Shown here: in pieces, positions 35,961 to 48,405 of the stretch
Position numbering within the stretch: the stretch's first letter is position 1
Layout: every line of letters starts with the position of its first letter
Assembly: GCA_030324005.1 (NCBI GenBank)
Contig: JARDVH010000042.1
Span: 108,145,391-108,209,390 of the forward strand
Length of the DNA stretch: 64,000 nt
Direction of reading: 5' to 3'
DNA from: Negaprion brevirostris
Lineage: Eukaryota
The notes under the pieces: model-generated
The model's input: only the letters and a program-made list of their open reading frames with translations
Told to the model about the DNA's origin: nothing
Database searches by the model: none
Made by a program: the position numbers and the translations under genes

Positions 35961-38555
35961 AGNNNNNNNNNNNNNNNNNNAACACATGGGACTGGTTTCC
36001 ATGAACAACCATGGATAAATTTTTCTGAGACACTAGGGATGGAAAAAGATGGGTTCCAGAATGGGTGGAGAAATTATTTTACATTTCAGAGAGCCCGTTG
36101 ATGAAGGAGAGAACCAGAGATAATTTTACACACACTTATAAAGATTTAATTGCGGAGTTGCATGTTGCATTTGGAGGTACATACTTGTAACGGCCACAGT
36201 TTAATTTGGAGGGACATGGGTAAATCCCCAGTTAATCCCTGCCATCTGCATGCAATGTATTAACACACAAATAAGGTACAACGAACATTGTTCTGACAGA
36301 TACCCAAGCAATAAAGGTGAAAATTATGACCCCTCCCATGTTAGTTACTGTATTGGAAAAGTGGTTCGCTGTCCCACGTGTTCAATAACTAGGAAGTTTG
36401 CAATTGTTTTAAGACTAAATGACCCTTTCTATTGAAGATGACTTATTACATTACTAGAATTAGTGTGGAATGGATTATGGTTAGGGAATAAAGTCCATAA
36501 TTTGAAGAGAAACATAAAATATAGAACATGTTTCAAAGGAGAGATTTATAAATCAAGAACTGGAACTGTAGGAGGAACGCCTGTGGGTTGAACAGCGGTT
36601 AACAAGACGATGCAGTTTTACTGATGTTTAAAGCATAACATCTGTGACACATTATCTGTGACACATTAATCACAAATTAATAAGCATTTACGGTTTGCAT
36701 AAAAATGCCTTAAAGCACCTAACTTCAATATAGGAAGTGTTTTCTGGTGAATCCTACTAGATATTAATCCATTCTTCAGCACAAATTTAGATTTTGATTT
36801 GAACAAGCTGCCTTTGAGGCAGAATTTGTGCTTTTCGAGCTACAGAGATTTTCAATTGTTTTTGTTCATATTTAACATTTTGCCACACTTCTTGGTGTCA
36901 GTTGTACAAGTGCAATAATAGCAACTTTCAACAAGCATGGAAGATGAACATCAGAGCAACTAGGGACAGCAGCCCGGCAAAGTAATATTCTCAAGTTAAC
37001 CACGAACAAAATGGACAGTTGCTCAAATCAAATCAAACTGTTGATTGGCAATGACTGTTTTCACTCGAGTCAATCATTACTGAACATTGCAATGTTGACT
37101 AACTTCATTAATAATTGGTAGAGATAAAAACTGAAGTTTGGCAAGGCCAAGTTTTATTTTTAACAATTGAAAATGTAAGTTAGATGTGACAGCGTCTGTT
37201 TCATTCATGCTGCAAACAGCTAAGAGCTGTGCCGTGAATAAATAATTGAGGAAGTTGGTTCTTTTTGCCTTTTTAAATTCTCTTAAATCTGTTTTATCAT
37301 TTAAAAGTGCCCTTAAAGTCAATATTAAAAGATTCACTCAGCTCATTAAACACAAGAGGGAAAAAAAAAACCCATGCCACACAGCAGGCCACACTCTGTG
37401 AAACAGCTTGCTTTCCAAGGGAGGTGAGTGCTTTCTCACTACGATTTCCCACCAAAACCCACACACAGACGATGCCTCCCGCAGTCAATCATAGCCTCCG
37501 CATTCACACTCTACTTAGTTACAGGGAGCTTGAATTTCATATCAAGTGCATGTTACTGTGATGGACAAATATGCATTCAGCAGAATTGCCACACATGTGG
37601 CAATCATCCGAGAATGGTCCACAGATTACTAACCTTGTTAGTCACACAACATGTACTGTGCAAAGGCACTGACTGGAAAGTTGTGCACTGTAACAAGTAA
37701 TCTCCTGTAATGTAATTGCTCTAATGCTTCAATTGTGCATTTCTGTTGAGCCTTTCAGTTGCTCTCTGTCTCAAGTATGACTTTGCCTGAATGCAGCACC
37801 AAAAAGGAGCACATTCATTATCTAAGTACAATACACTTAAATAGGTAACCTCCATTGCTATTTTGCTTCACATTGCAGTAAAGATTACAGATGCTCACAT
37901 TTGAAATGTGACATCCCAAATTTTCGGGGTGCTAAAGGAAGGTTCTCAAACTTGGTTTCTTCTGTAGGCTTCAGACAGGTTACCATCTGAGGATTTGGAA
38001 GTTGTGTCGTACAATGTTGGCATCAGTGGAAATCTGTTGAAGGGTTGGCGGGAACAGCAAGAACGTGCCAATAAAACGGTAGCAGCAGACAAGTTTCAGC
38101 AGGTTGGGAGAGATGTGTGGTAGATCATCATAGCTTATTTCTATTCAGGGACCCTTGCCAGTATTTTATAAGGACTTCGATGTTCCCTTTTGGAAAGTCA
38201 AGTCTGCCTTGATCTTCACAATAAAACCATAGGTTGTTTCATTAAAAGGTACAATGAGTGGAATTTAATATTTGCAGTGGGACTCTCCCAGCCCTCAACT
38301 GGAGATGGCCTGTTGGTACTAAATATCCATCAGACACCTAACTGGCCAATGTCAGGCATTCCCTGGATTAAAGACCCAGCTGGGAAGAATTCTATCCACC
38401 CCTCCCCATCTTTATGTACCAATCAGAAGCTGGCAGCTCTCTGTTGCCAGTCAGCACCATTGTACTGTTGTGGCAACTGTCAACAATGCACCCACCAGAG
38501 GCCTAGGGTCAACGAGGGACTCCAACCTACAAGTTCATAAAAGCAAGATGGAGGA

Positions 38556-38729
38556 ACACAGTATGAAATCTCACAACACCCCGTTAAAGTCCAACAGATT
38601 TATTTGGTAGCAAAAGCCACTTTTAGTAGCAAAAGCTTTTGCTACCAAATAAACCTGTTGTACTTTAACCTGGCGTTGTGAGACTTCGTACTGTGTTTAC
38701 CCCAGTCCAACGCTGGCATCTCCACATCA
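38556..38729. mobile_element. Penelope-like fold-back insertion (family A) with about 17-bp TSD
   Basis: About 62-bp inverted arms. Flanking direct repeat caagatggagga(a)cacag at 38544-38561 and 38728-38744. Confidence 0.85.
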
Positions 38730-41558
38730 AGATGGAGGACACAGGGAGGCCTTATCTGACCAGGGTGGGATGGAGGATGGTTGGGGGGAGGGAGAAGGTG
38801 CAGTAGGGAGGTCAGAAAAAAGCATAGGGGTGTGGCTCGAAGCAGACCGCCCTGCCCCCGATGCTTACTGCAAGTAAAGATGGTCTCTGAGCAATTCTAG
38901 ATCCAGCTGTGCTCCGCTGCTTCCAGCATTATTATCCATAAATGAAGCAGACGTTAAAATTTACAAGTCCACTATTTCACTTTGTCAATCGACTATTGGT
39001 TTTTGAATGTAATGATGTGGAAAACTGATGTTCCCTGTGTGAAGACATTAAGCTCATCATGTTAGCTGCTCCATATATCAGAAGAAGTTGGATGAATTTA
39101 GCACCTACCTGCTGATCTTTGTAAGCTGACTAATTTCTGCGACTACTAGTAGTAGTATAGGCCAAAGTTCTGAGATTTATTCTGAGGTTGCCAAAGGCTT
39201 ATTGTATTACTTATCCTTGATAGTACGATACAGATGAAGTTGTTTATATTGTATTTTTCTGCTGAAATTACATGACTAAATATTAGTGCCAGGCTCAGTT
39301 CAGCCAGGCTTATGCAGTGCTCCATTAGTTGTCCTGCACTGGAGTATCATGACAATATAAATGATATAATCCCCTCACCCATTCTCATCGTGTCATCTTT
39401 ACATAATCATATTTGTGTCAATATAAGGGTAAGTAACTAAGTAATTTCAATAATATTTTCATACCTTGCATTGAGGTAAAGAATCTGAATACAGTGCATG
39501 ATTAAGAACGCAGCATTTGAAGTTCCATTTCTAAGTACTTTGCTTGCTGTCATTATATTTCTTCACACCCTACCATGTACTTGCACTAAAGCGCAAATGT
39601 TATTTTTCACCGTAATTCATATTTAGAATCTTGGTCCTGAGTTTGGTTAATCTGTAAGCCTCAGGTCCTAGTAAATTCATTTTTTGTGAGCATTCTACCA
39701 AGAGGGGCATTGAAATCCTGGTCAGGAAAATGGGGGTCAATGAGTGCTAAAAGCACCATTGCCTGTGTACTTAGATTCACTAGTTTCCCTGTATTTGTGG
39801 TTTGTTTGAAAGCTTGGTGATTAAATGGCTACCTGGCCACGCACCAGACTTTTTCCTGTGAACTCATTATGGGTTCCAGTTTTGCCTTCCCTATTCCAGC
39901 CAAAAATTTTCAGTGCCGATGTGTCTGAATTAACCTGCTTGTGGGAAGTTTTAATAACATTCGCCTTTCATTTCAGAAATCTTTTGATGAAACAATGGGG
40001 AATCTCGTGCAGATAGGGTGAGGGTTTTGTTTATCCCCGAATCTCCAAGTGCCTGAATCCAGGATGTCCCAAGCTTTTGTTTTTGCGAGCTGCATTCATG
40101 TGTACGATGGATAACTTGGGCCTTGTACAACGTTTAATTTAATGTTTTGATATAACATTTCACCTTTCCATTTATCTGATGTTGCTAATATGAAGTGGCG
40201 TAGGTGTTTCTGATCTGATCCATCAAGAGGCAACATTCCTTTCCGTACCTCAAAAATCACAAAGTAGGTAAAATAATATCGGCTGGAACAGGATTGAATT
40301 ACCTGTGAGGTTTCCAGGTATTGAGGGCCTAAGGTTGCAGGTTGGGTTCCCAGGACTAAGTGAAGTGAACATGAAAAACATTGATCCTTGCTTTTCCACG
40401 GCGCAGTGCAATGTTTAATTTGGCACTACATTACGTTAATTGGGCAATCTTGCTCCAGGAAACGGCGAGGATGGCTGTTTGGAATGGAAAACATCACACA
40501 AATGTAGGGACTCATTCTGGTGTTGAATTTAAGGCACTTTATTGAAACAGGGCGAAGGAGAGATCTACTTAATCTCACATCCTCGGAGTCTTTTAAAAAG
40601 CAGTGAACGTTTCATTTCCCTCCTAGCACTGAAACAACTCTCTGCAATAAACACAGAATCCATCAAAATCATAAGCAACAACCTACTTGTTTTGCATGCA
40701 GATTCCTCCTCTAGGCTTATACATGTTTCTTCAGAAATAGAGGTTTTATATTGACTTCCAAATGAATGACAGCTTTGCATCCTCATACCGATAGCTTCCT
40801 GCCTTAAAGCCTAAAATATCTTTATGTCTGATCCCCTGTGGCCTAATTGAACAACAGAAAAAAAAAGGTCTCTTTGTATGTTTTTGATGCTCTGTTACAT
40901 GACACAGCATGTTGACTGCTGCAATAAGATAGGCAAAGATTTATGAAACTTAAACTTGTAAGCCGTGTGGAAGAATGGATACCTGGAGGCAGTTATGAGC
41001 TCCAGATTCCATCAAGGATTTCTGATGGTATCAAAAAAAAAACCACAAGAATGAAATTTCAGCAGTTCATTATTGTTAGCAGTCCCTGAGATTAAAACAG
41101 CCTGATCTCCCTGATGTGCTGCTTTCAAAATTACTTGTGATATTAAGAAGAATATAAAGTTGACGTAAAGATTAGATTTTATTTTGACGTTTTTTCTCCA
41201 TCACAATGGGCAGGTGGAAATAATGCAGAATAATGCAGGAGAGAGGATGTAATGTGCTGTGATATTGATTCCTAGTTTACATGGTCACGTTTCAGGTATG
41301 GTAAGGTACCAGCGTTTATGTGGGGGCAGTGGGGGGGCATGAAACCTCATAAACAGTGAAATTGCGACAGCAGAAATACTTCACAAAGGGAGTCAAGTAG
41401 ATAGGTTCCAATCATCTTAAAATGTTACGTGTCGATGGAATCAAAGACAGTAAAAATATGTTTATAATCAATTTAAAGAGAAATTTACTGGTGGAATTGT
41501 TTAATAAAACAAGAAGACGAGAAAAGTGTAGAAGTTGCCATATTTACAGGAAGAATTT

Positions 41559-41883
41559 TGGTTAGCACTGCTGCCTCACAGTGCCAGGGACCCGGGTTCA
41601 ATTCCGGCCTTAGGTGACTGTGTGGAGTTTGCATGTTCTCCCTGTGTCTGAATGGATTTCATCTGGGTGCTCTGGTTTCCTCCCACAGTGCAAAGATGTG
41701 CAGGTCAGGTGGATAGGCCATGCTAAATTGTCCTTTAGTGTCTAAAAATGTGTAGCTGAGGGGGTAAATATGTGGGGATAGTGCCTGGAAAGGGTATTCT
41801 GTTGGGAGAGCCGTTGCAGCCCTGATAGGCTGACTGCCCTCCTTCTGAACTGTAGGGATTCTATAATTCAATCCTATGATTCA
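41559..41883 (+). mobile_element. HE1-type V-SINE (slightly 5'-truncated)
   Basis: tggttagcactgctgcctcacagtgccagggacccgggttcaattcc, V-domain, and tail ctgtagggattctat. Confidence 0.93.
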
Positions 41884-42469
41884 ATGGTGCAGCACTTTAT
41901 TTGAGGTGGAGGTGGATTATGATCAGGAATTAAATTGCAGCAACAAGGCACATCCACCTACAAACAATGACAGACAATGCATGTATGGTGCATACTGCAG
42001 ACTTTCTACTGTAAGAAATACACATGCACACCTTCCTTTATTTAATTCAATTTAGATGGTTCTATTTTTTATTCTTAAAACCACAGATAAGGGAACATAT
42101 GGGCCCACAATTGGTGAATTGGAGTACAAAGAATTTTGCGTGGGTAAGCAAATTCACGGTAGAGGAAGCCACAGAAGACAGGACTTCACTGTACTATACA
42201 TCTAGATCCTGAACTTTAGGATGTACATGGTTATTTCTTCCATATTCATAGCAGCACCTTTATGGAAGCCAGTTGTTTATATTTGCCCCTATAATTGAAA
42301 GAGTGATTTTTGCAAGCAAGCACTCTGTAAAGCAGTTATTATAGATGGGCATTTAGGAGTTCTACATCTGTATTTTGTGTTAGGACTTGGAACATACACT
42401 TTTAATAAGCAGAATGATGTCCTGGTGATGCAAGTAATGGTGCAGTTTACTTCTACAGCACTCTTAAAA

Positions 42470-42778
42470 CTTTTCCAGCTTTACAACCATTTGAGATTTT
42501 GGCAATTCTCCAGTTTTAGCTTCTTAGGCATCCCATATCCTTTTGCCCCATCGTCGGTGACAGTGAATTCAGCTGCCGAGAGTTCTGGACTTCCCTCTTA
42601 AATGCCTTCGCCTCTGTACCTCTCTCACTTTTTCCTTAATATTGATCTCTTTATCAAAGCTTTTGGTGTTCTGCCCTAATATCTCCTCTATATGGCTTGG
42701 TATTAGATTTTCTTTGATAGTACTCCTGTGAAGTGTCTTGGTATTTTAATGTGTTAAAAGAACACCATAAGTGCAGTG
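42470..42778 (+). mobile_element. L2 3' UTR fragment
   Basis: Collinear with 32400-32660 (ttcagct, ttccct, aagcttttggt, tactcctgt). Confidence 0.75.
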
Positions 42779-45700
42779 TTCCTTGGATTTGGGATGTGAT
42801 GGTCATTCTTGAATAGAGTTCTTAATCTATTTGCAGCCATAACTAGCTTACCTTTCTTGCAGTGGAAAAATATATTTGGAGACTAACTTCTGTTGCAATG
42901 TGGAATGATGGCTAAAGAAAATAATTTCTTATTATTTTGAAGTTATCCTCATTATAATTAATGCAGTTTAATAATTGTGGTTCACATGCCACCTATTTTG
43001 TTTTCCTTTCGAGTGACACAGCTGCGCTGGTACAAAAGTAACCCCTGATTGTGGACGAGTTTCCTCCTCTGTGTCTCAGTTGGAAACCAGAGTTGAGATA
43101 TTCATTAATCTTTAGACTAGACACGACATAAATGTTATCTTGTTGAAGATCTGCCATTTAGTTGTCATGGTAACTTTTTTGAAGAACAAATGATATCTTC
43201 CCGAAAAGATTTCAAACGAAGTGGTGTTTTTGTCACTCAAACTGCATCGCAGCATCTGTTCTTTGTAGGCTGGGACTGTCACTCTGTGGGTTCGCATAAT
43301 TCTTATATTCAGATGTTATCCTTTGTCAATGAAGACAGTCAACTTGTGCGCTTGCTCCTGATGATGTGAATAGTCACAAGGCGAGACCTCAATCAAATCA
43401 ACCAGTAATGATGAGCAGAAAAGACTCAATAATGATTTACAGTGATGCCATGGTCTGCCCTGAATCAGCATAGAGCTTTTATGTGATTCATACGGCATGC
43501 ATCTCAAGTTATAAATATGTTGTCCTAATACTCGTATCCACTTCTCCAACCAAAACCAGGAATTGGCAAAATCCATTCAGTTGAGGTATCAGAATTTCGT
43601 TGATAGCCCAATTAAGCATCAACTAGAATGCTAACAAAATGACCAACATATTATTCCACTGAACAAATCATCAAGTGTCTGTGAATGGATATGTATGACC
43701 TCGATCCTTAAATCCATGAAGATGTTTTTCATTCCTGCATTTTATTGTCTAACAAATGCCATCATGCAACGTATTGTTCAATACTTTGCTGCCCTGAATA
43801 CTCCTAGTCCCATTCCTACACCCTCTGCATTGGGGATTTCTGTGTTGAAATAAACTGAAATGGCTTCTCAAGATACCTTCACAGGTTAGGAATTCTTGAA
43901 ATGCCTGCAAGCGGCCAAGCTAACTAAATGGGCTAAAGGGTTAAGTGAGAAGACTCGGTTACCAAAACATATGTTTCAAGAGACAAGGGACACTTGAAGC
44001 CATGTCATGAAGGCACTTATCACCTTTCTATCCTTAAAATGGTACCGCCTTCCCTGCTGACTTCAAATAGTAATGAAACAAAAGACAAAGTTATTATTTG
44101 TTATGATTGTGTCAGTGGTAGCTGTATATGGTATGTGACTTATTGGATTGTTCCATAATGAGGGCTGAAGTTAGAGTTCTGTTAGTTATAACTGAGCAAG
44201 TTCATTTCTGCTATTCATTCCACCATTCTCTGAACCTGCAGAAAACATAGACTTCATTGTATTTTTATCAAGTAGCCATTGTACCTCGCCACACAATCAA
44301 CACAGTGACCATGCTGTGTTGTAACATTCAGATGAAGTTGGTTTAAAAAAAACAGAATCTGTTTTGTGTTGGTGCTGCAATTTGAGTTTGAGACACTGAT
44401 GAGAGAATTTGTAGACATCATGCTTTTTTTTGTCCTTGCATCCTGTAATCTAAATGATTGCCTATTGATGTCTACAGCTTTTACACTAAGAGAACCATCT
44501 GTGATTTCAGTGATGCGATCCTCTTGAGATTAAATCATTACTATTGAGATACTGTAGCCGGACACACACTGCATGCTGCGCAGATTGCATTAATCAGGCA
44601 CATCTCAACAAAATGCCTATTGGAAAAGGGAACTGTGAGGTAGGATCTGGTTTCCTGTTTATACTATTAATTTTAGTGTATCGCATACTTAGTTCAGTAA
44701 ATTCCCCTAAATGCTTTCACCATTGGCATTGTTTAACTACAGAGTTTACCTGTAAAGCTTTAACTGTGTGAATTGCTTTTATTTTTGCACTTATTCTTGT
44801 CCTTCGAAATTTTAAGTGTGCACGTAGTGGAACTGAATCAACATTTATGAAATGTACTTGCAGCCTCAGTTGAAGTACGCCGAGGTGCATTAGTGACCAA
44901 TATAATTATTGTAATTAGAAAGACTGATAGGATTCAGTGCAGTCTATGACCTGCTAACATACCACGTTTGAAGGGTGCTGTTGTATATATTAATAGTAAT
45001 GTATAATGTTTAATGATTTTCCCTTGTCCAGGCTAGCATTCTATAAGCAGTTAACATCCAATCTGAAGGCTGGGTGAATGGGATGCTTAAATGGGGGAAA
45101 TGGTGGTGTAAGCTGAGTTTTCAGTTGAGTTTTTGTTTATAATTCTGGAAAGTTGAGCCAGTAGCTCAAAAGCATAATTCTGAGAGGTGAATAAGTTTAA
45201 ATTTCACTTACTGACTTGAAGCTGTCTTAAAGACAAGGCAATGGCGCAGGATTTTTCAAATTGTTGTTTAATTGTGTCCATGTATTCCTTACATTGGCGG
45301 CTATCTTACCTATATCACGTTACTGAGGTCACGGTATCATTCTGAAGTTTCTGGAGGCAGGAACTGTACGATTGCAATGCGTTGATTGAGCTGCTTTACA
45401 CAAAGTGGTGATTTACAGACTGTTCCCTGTATCTCACCTCCTATCGCTGTTGATTGTGAAACACTGAACGTAAGGACTCTGTGAGCATGTGAAGCGAGAA
45501 TATATGAAAAAAAAATGAAGTGAGGGACAGAAATGAGAAGTCATGCAACATAACCAGGAATTGTTTACCTGAAATGCCATCCATATTATGCAGCTTGAAA
45601 ATCAGTTCTCAATGGCATTATTTGCTATGGGAAATTGTTCAGAGTTACAGTTTTAAAGCTAACTCGGGATGTCCCGGAACAAGCATTTTTTGTTTCTCTG

Positions 45701-45819
45701 TAATACTTCTATCCTCCTCAACTTTTTACCTCCCCACAAGATTTGTGCATGATGGGCTCCGGTTCTGCAGGTCCCAAAGCCCTCAGGTCCCTGATGAACT
45801 GGCCATTGTTACGATGTAA

Positions 45820-46085
45820 GCCTGGCTGACGAGAGTGGGTCAGCTGTGAAGCTTTGAAAAGCATAGTATATCAGATCCTGTTGCTGTACTTGCCTAATAC
45901 ACACACTTCCCAGGTTTCAGTGGTGGGTGGGGCAGTCACTTGATAGTGTTCGCGAGCAAGAATTCTGGCTAATTTCTTTTCCCCTTCCCCAGCCCATAGC
46001 TGATGGGGCCATTTGCAGCATCAATATATCACCTGTCTGAGATAGGTAGCCCAACACAACAAACTCATGAATTCAACTTGAGGTA
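45820..46085 (-). mobile_element. Ancient SINE-like repeat
   Basis: Loosely collinear with 10365-10605 and 1840-2042. Confidence 0.4.
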
Positions 46086-46439
46086 TTTTTCAGATCTTAT
46101 TTACAGCATTGAAATAGGTCATTCAACCCAACTGGTCTATGTGATTGTTATTAGTTTTGATGATTCTACTACATTGGTAACAGGGAATTTAACATCAAAG
46201 CCTTTGGGAGAATCTCATTCCTATTTTCAGATCTTGAAGAAACTAGACTGTAGTGATGCAGCATTGGGAATGGCATTGGTCATGTTATGTTCAGAACACA
46301 TTCCTTTGCTGCTTGCTCTCTTTCTGTCATGTTCTCTCCGTCTTTCTACTCAGAGGTAGGCATTCAACTTTGTTCTTACCAATCTGCCTTTGCACTTGGA
46401 CGTTAGTTGTTTGCCTTGGTTGAGTGGTCAACTTGTTCA

Positions 46440-46765
46440 TTTTATTTATTTATGTATGTCACCAGTTGGCTCACATTAACATTGCAATGAAGTTACTGTG
46501 AAACTCCACAAGCCTCCACACTCTGGTGCCTGTTCAGATACACTGAGGGAAAGTTTAACATGGTCAATGCACTGAATTAACACATCTTTTGGACTTTGGG
46601 AGGAAACCAGAGCCTCCAGAAGAAACTCATGCAGACACATGGAGAACATGCAAACTCCACACAGTGACCCAAACTGGGAATCAAACCAAGGTCCTTCGTG
46701 CTGTGAGGCAGCAGTGTTAACCACTGTGTTACAGTGCAGCCTTGTCTGTGCCACCGTGCTGCCAC
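46440..46765 (-). mobile_element. V-SINE, alternative-tail subfamily, with duplicated 5' head
   Basis: attaacattgcaatgaagttactgtgaaa is the reverse complement of the tail at 27550-27580. Ends in (TAAA)n on the minus strand. Confidence 0.9.
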
Positions 46766-46960
46766 CTTGATGAATTAGAAAGCTGTGGCCTCAAGCTCTA
46801 CTATTAGTGTGATGCGAGTCCTGCATTTTCTGTTATTTCAGTGACTGTGTGGCGCTTTGTGACATCCTGGGAACTCAAAATGTGCTCTGCTCTTTTTTGT
46901 CTTTGTTTGCCTCAGTTTCCTCTTCTCTCTGTATTTTCTCAACATCCCTACTTTGCCAAT

Positions 46961-47108
46961 ACACAAAAACAGAAAATCTCAGCAGGTCTGACAGTATCTG
47001 TGGAGAGAGAATAGAGCCAATGTTGCAAGTCTGGATGACTTTGTCAGAGCTGAGATTTTCCAGCATTTTCAGTTTTTGTTTCAGATTCCAGCATTGGTAA
47101 TATTTTCC
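46961..47108. mobile_element. Penelope-like fold-back element (family B)
   Basis: aaaaacagaaaatctcagc...gctgagattttccagcattttcagtttttg. Minus-strand hammerhead remnant agct-CTGACAA-agtc-atcca-gact-tgcaacatt-ggct. Confidence 0.78.
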
Positions 47109-48039
47109 CTCTATTTTGTCATTAGCTCTCTTCTTTATGGGGTTGGGGAGGTAGGTGAATTGTTCTGAGGCTTCTTCTGCTCTGCTTTTGTAAGTTTAGT
47201 GAAAACCTAGATTTACATCAAAGCTATGGTGGTAAAGCCATGGGGAAATTCTCACCCCTCCGTGTTCTTCCACACCAAACCCACCCACCACCCAAAAAAA
47301 TTCCTCACAGTCTTTAGGTTGGGCAGTGTTTTCTCATTTTTTGTATTTGTTTTGCCTCCATCTATCTCTGCTACTTTTCCACATTTGCTCGATAAACAGA
47401 AAGAAAAAGAAGGTAATTAAAACATTGGAAAAAGCACAAGTGTGATGCCAGCATTCCAGCACTTTGCAAAGGGGGAAAAAAAAACAGACACGCTTCCCTC
47501 ATCCTGTGTGGAAATGTGGGTGTTCGAGAGAGACAGGATTGGACTCGCCTGTCACATCTCTCACAGGCAAATACCTGGCTGGGACGTGCTGTGTGTTGCC
47601 AGATAAGGGCAAGGTGCTGGAGGACTGCAGACACTTATAAATTAATCGCACCATACAACTCCCTCCCCCTACCTCCCTGACATCTCAAAAACAAATTGCA
47701 AGCAGACATGAATAAAAGGAACATTTGAAAATGACTCAGGCGTGCAAGAATAAAAGAGTCAGGCAAGTCAAGAAATGCAGAAGACACTTTGATATTGGGA
47801 AAAAATGAAGGATTTTCATCAAGGTTAATATTGAACTCAATTTGGTATATTCACCTGAATGGGGGTGTAATGAGAGCCTGAAATGTTAACAGTTTTTTAA
47901 AGATAAAAAGGCACAATGTTAAGGGAGGCATTTTTCCAGAGTCCCCTTGGTGCGAATGGGAAATGAGACGGGAAGGAAACGAAAAGTCAGTTCCCAGTTG
48001 TGATAAATGAAAGGTGAGCATATGCTCCCATCCATCTTC

Positions 48040-48405
48040 TTTTTTACTCATCTGTGGGACATGGGCGTCGCTGGCTGGCCAGCATTTAATGCCCATCCCT
48101 AGTTACCCTTGGAGGGTAGTTGAGAGTCAATCATATTGCTGTGAATCTGAAGTCACATATAGGCCAGACCAAGTAAGGACGGCAGATTGCCTTCCCTACA
48201 GGATATTAGTGAACCAGATGGGTTTTCTCAACAATCGACGATGGTGTCATGGTCATCAGTAGATTCTTAATTCCAGATGTATTTTTTTTACTGAATTCAA
48301 ATTCTGCCATCTGGCATGGCGGGATTTGAACCTGGGTCCCCAAAACATCATCTGAGTCTCTGGGTTAATACTCTAGCGATAATACCATTGGGCCACTGAC
48401 TCCCC
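48040..48405 (-). mobile_element. tRNA-derived SINE (third family) sharing its tail with the LINE at 2905 and 4925
   Basis: Minus-strand B box ggttcaaatccc. Tail tgggcgtcgctggctggccagcatttaatgcccatccctagttaccctt resembles LINE 2921-2971. Confidence 0.82.

Noticed and set aside
31756-36668. Short 14-bp duplications (ccagtgtcacagct at 31756 and 31778; atctgtgacacatt at 36640 and 36654)
   Set aside because: Ordinary slippage or repair micro-duplications with no sign of function.
37968-38180. Exon-like segment with a strong acceptor (tttcttctgtag) and an open frame containing LGISGNLLKGW
   Set aside because: The peptide resembles a decayed LINE RT segment (GI.GNLL.W) and the donor is weak, so it is more likely an ancient CR1 remnant.
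18979-38729. Recurring palindromic repeats as a CRISPR-like array
   Set aside because: Dispersed over 20 kb with no regular spacers and no cas genes, in a eukaryotic context.
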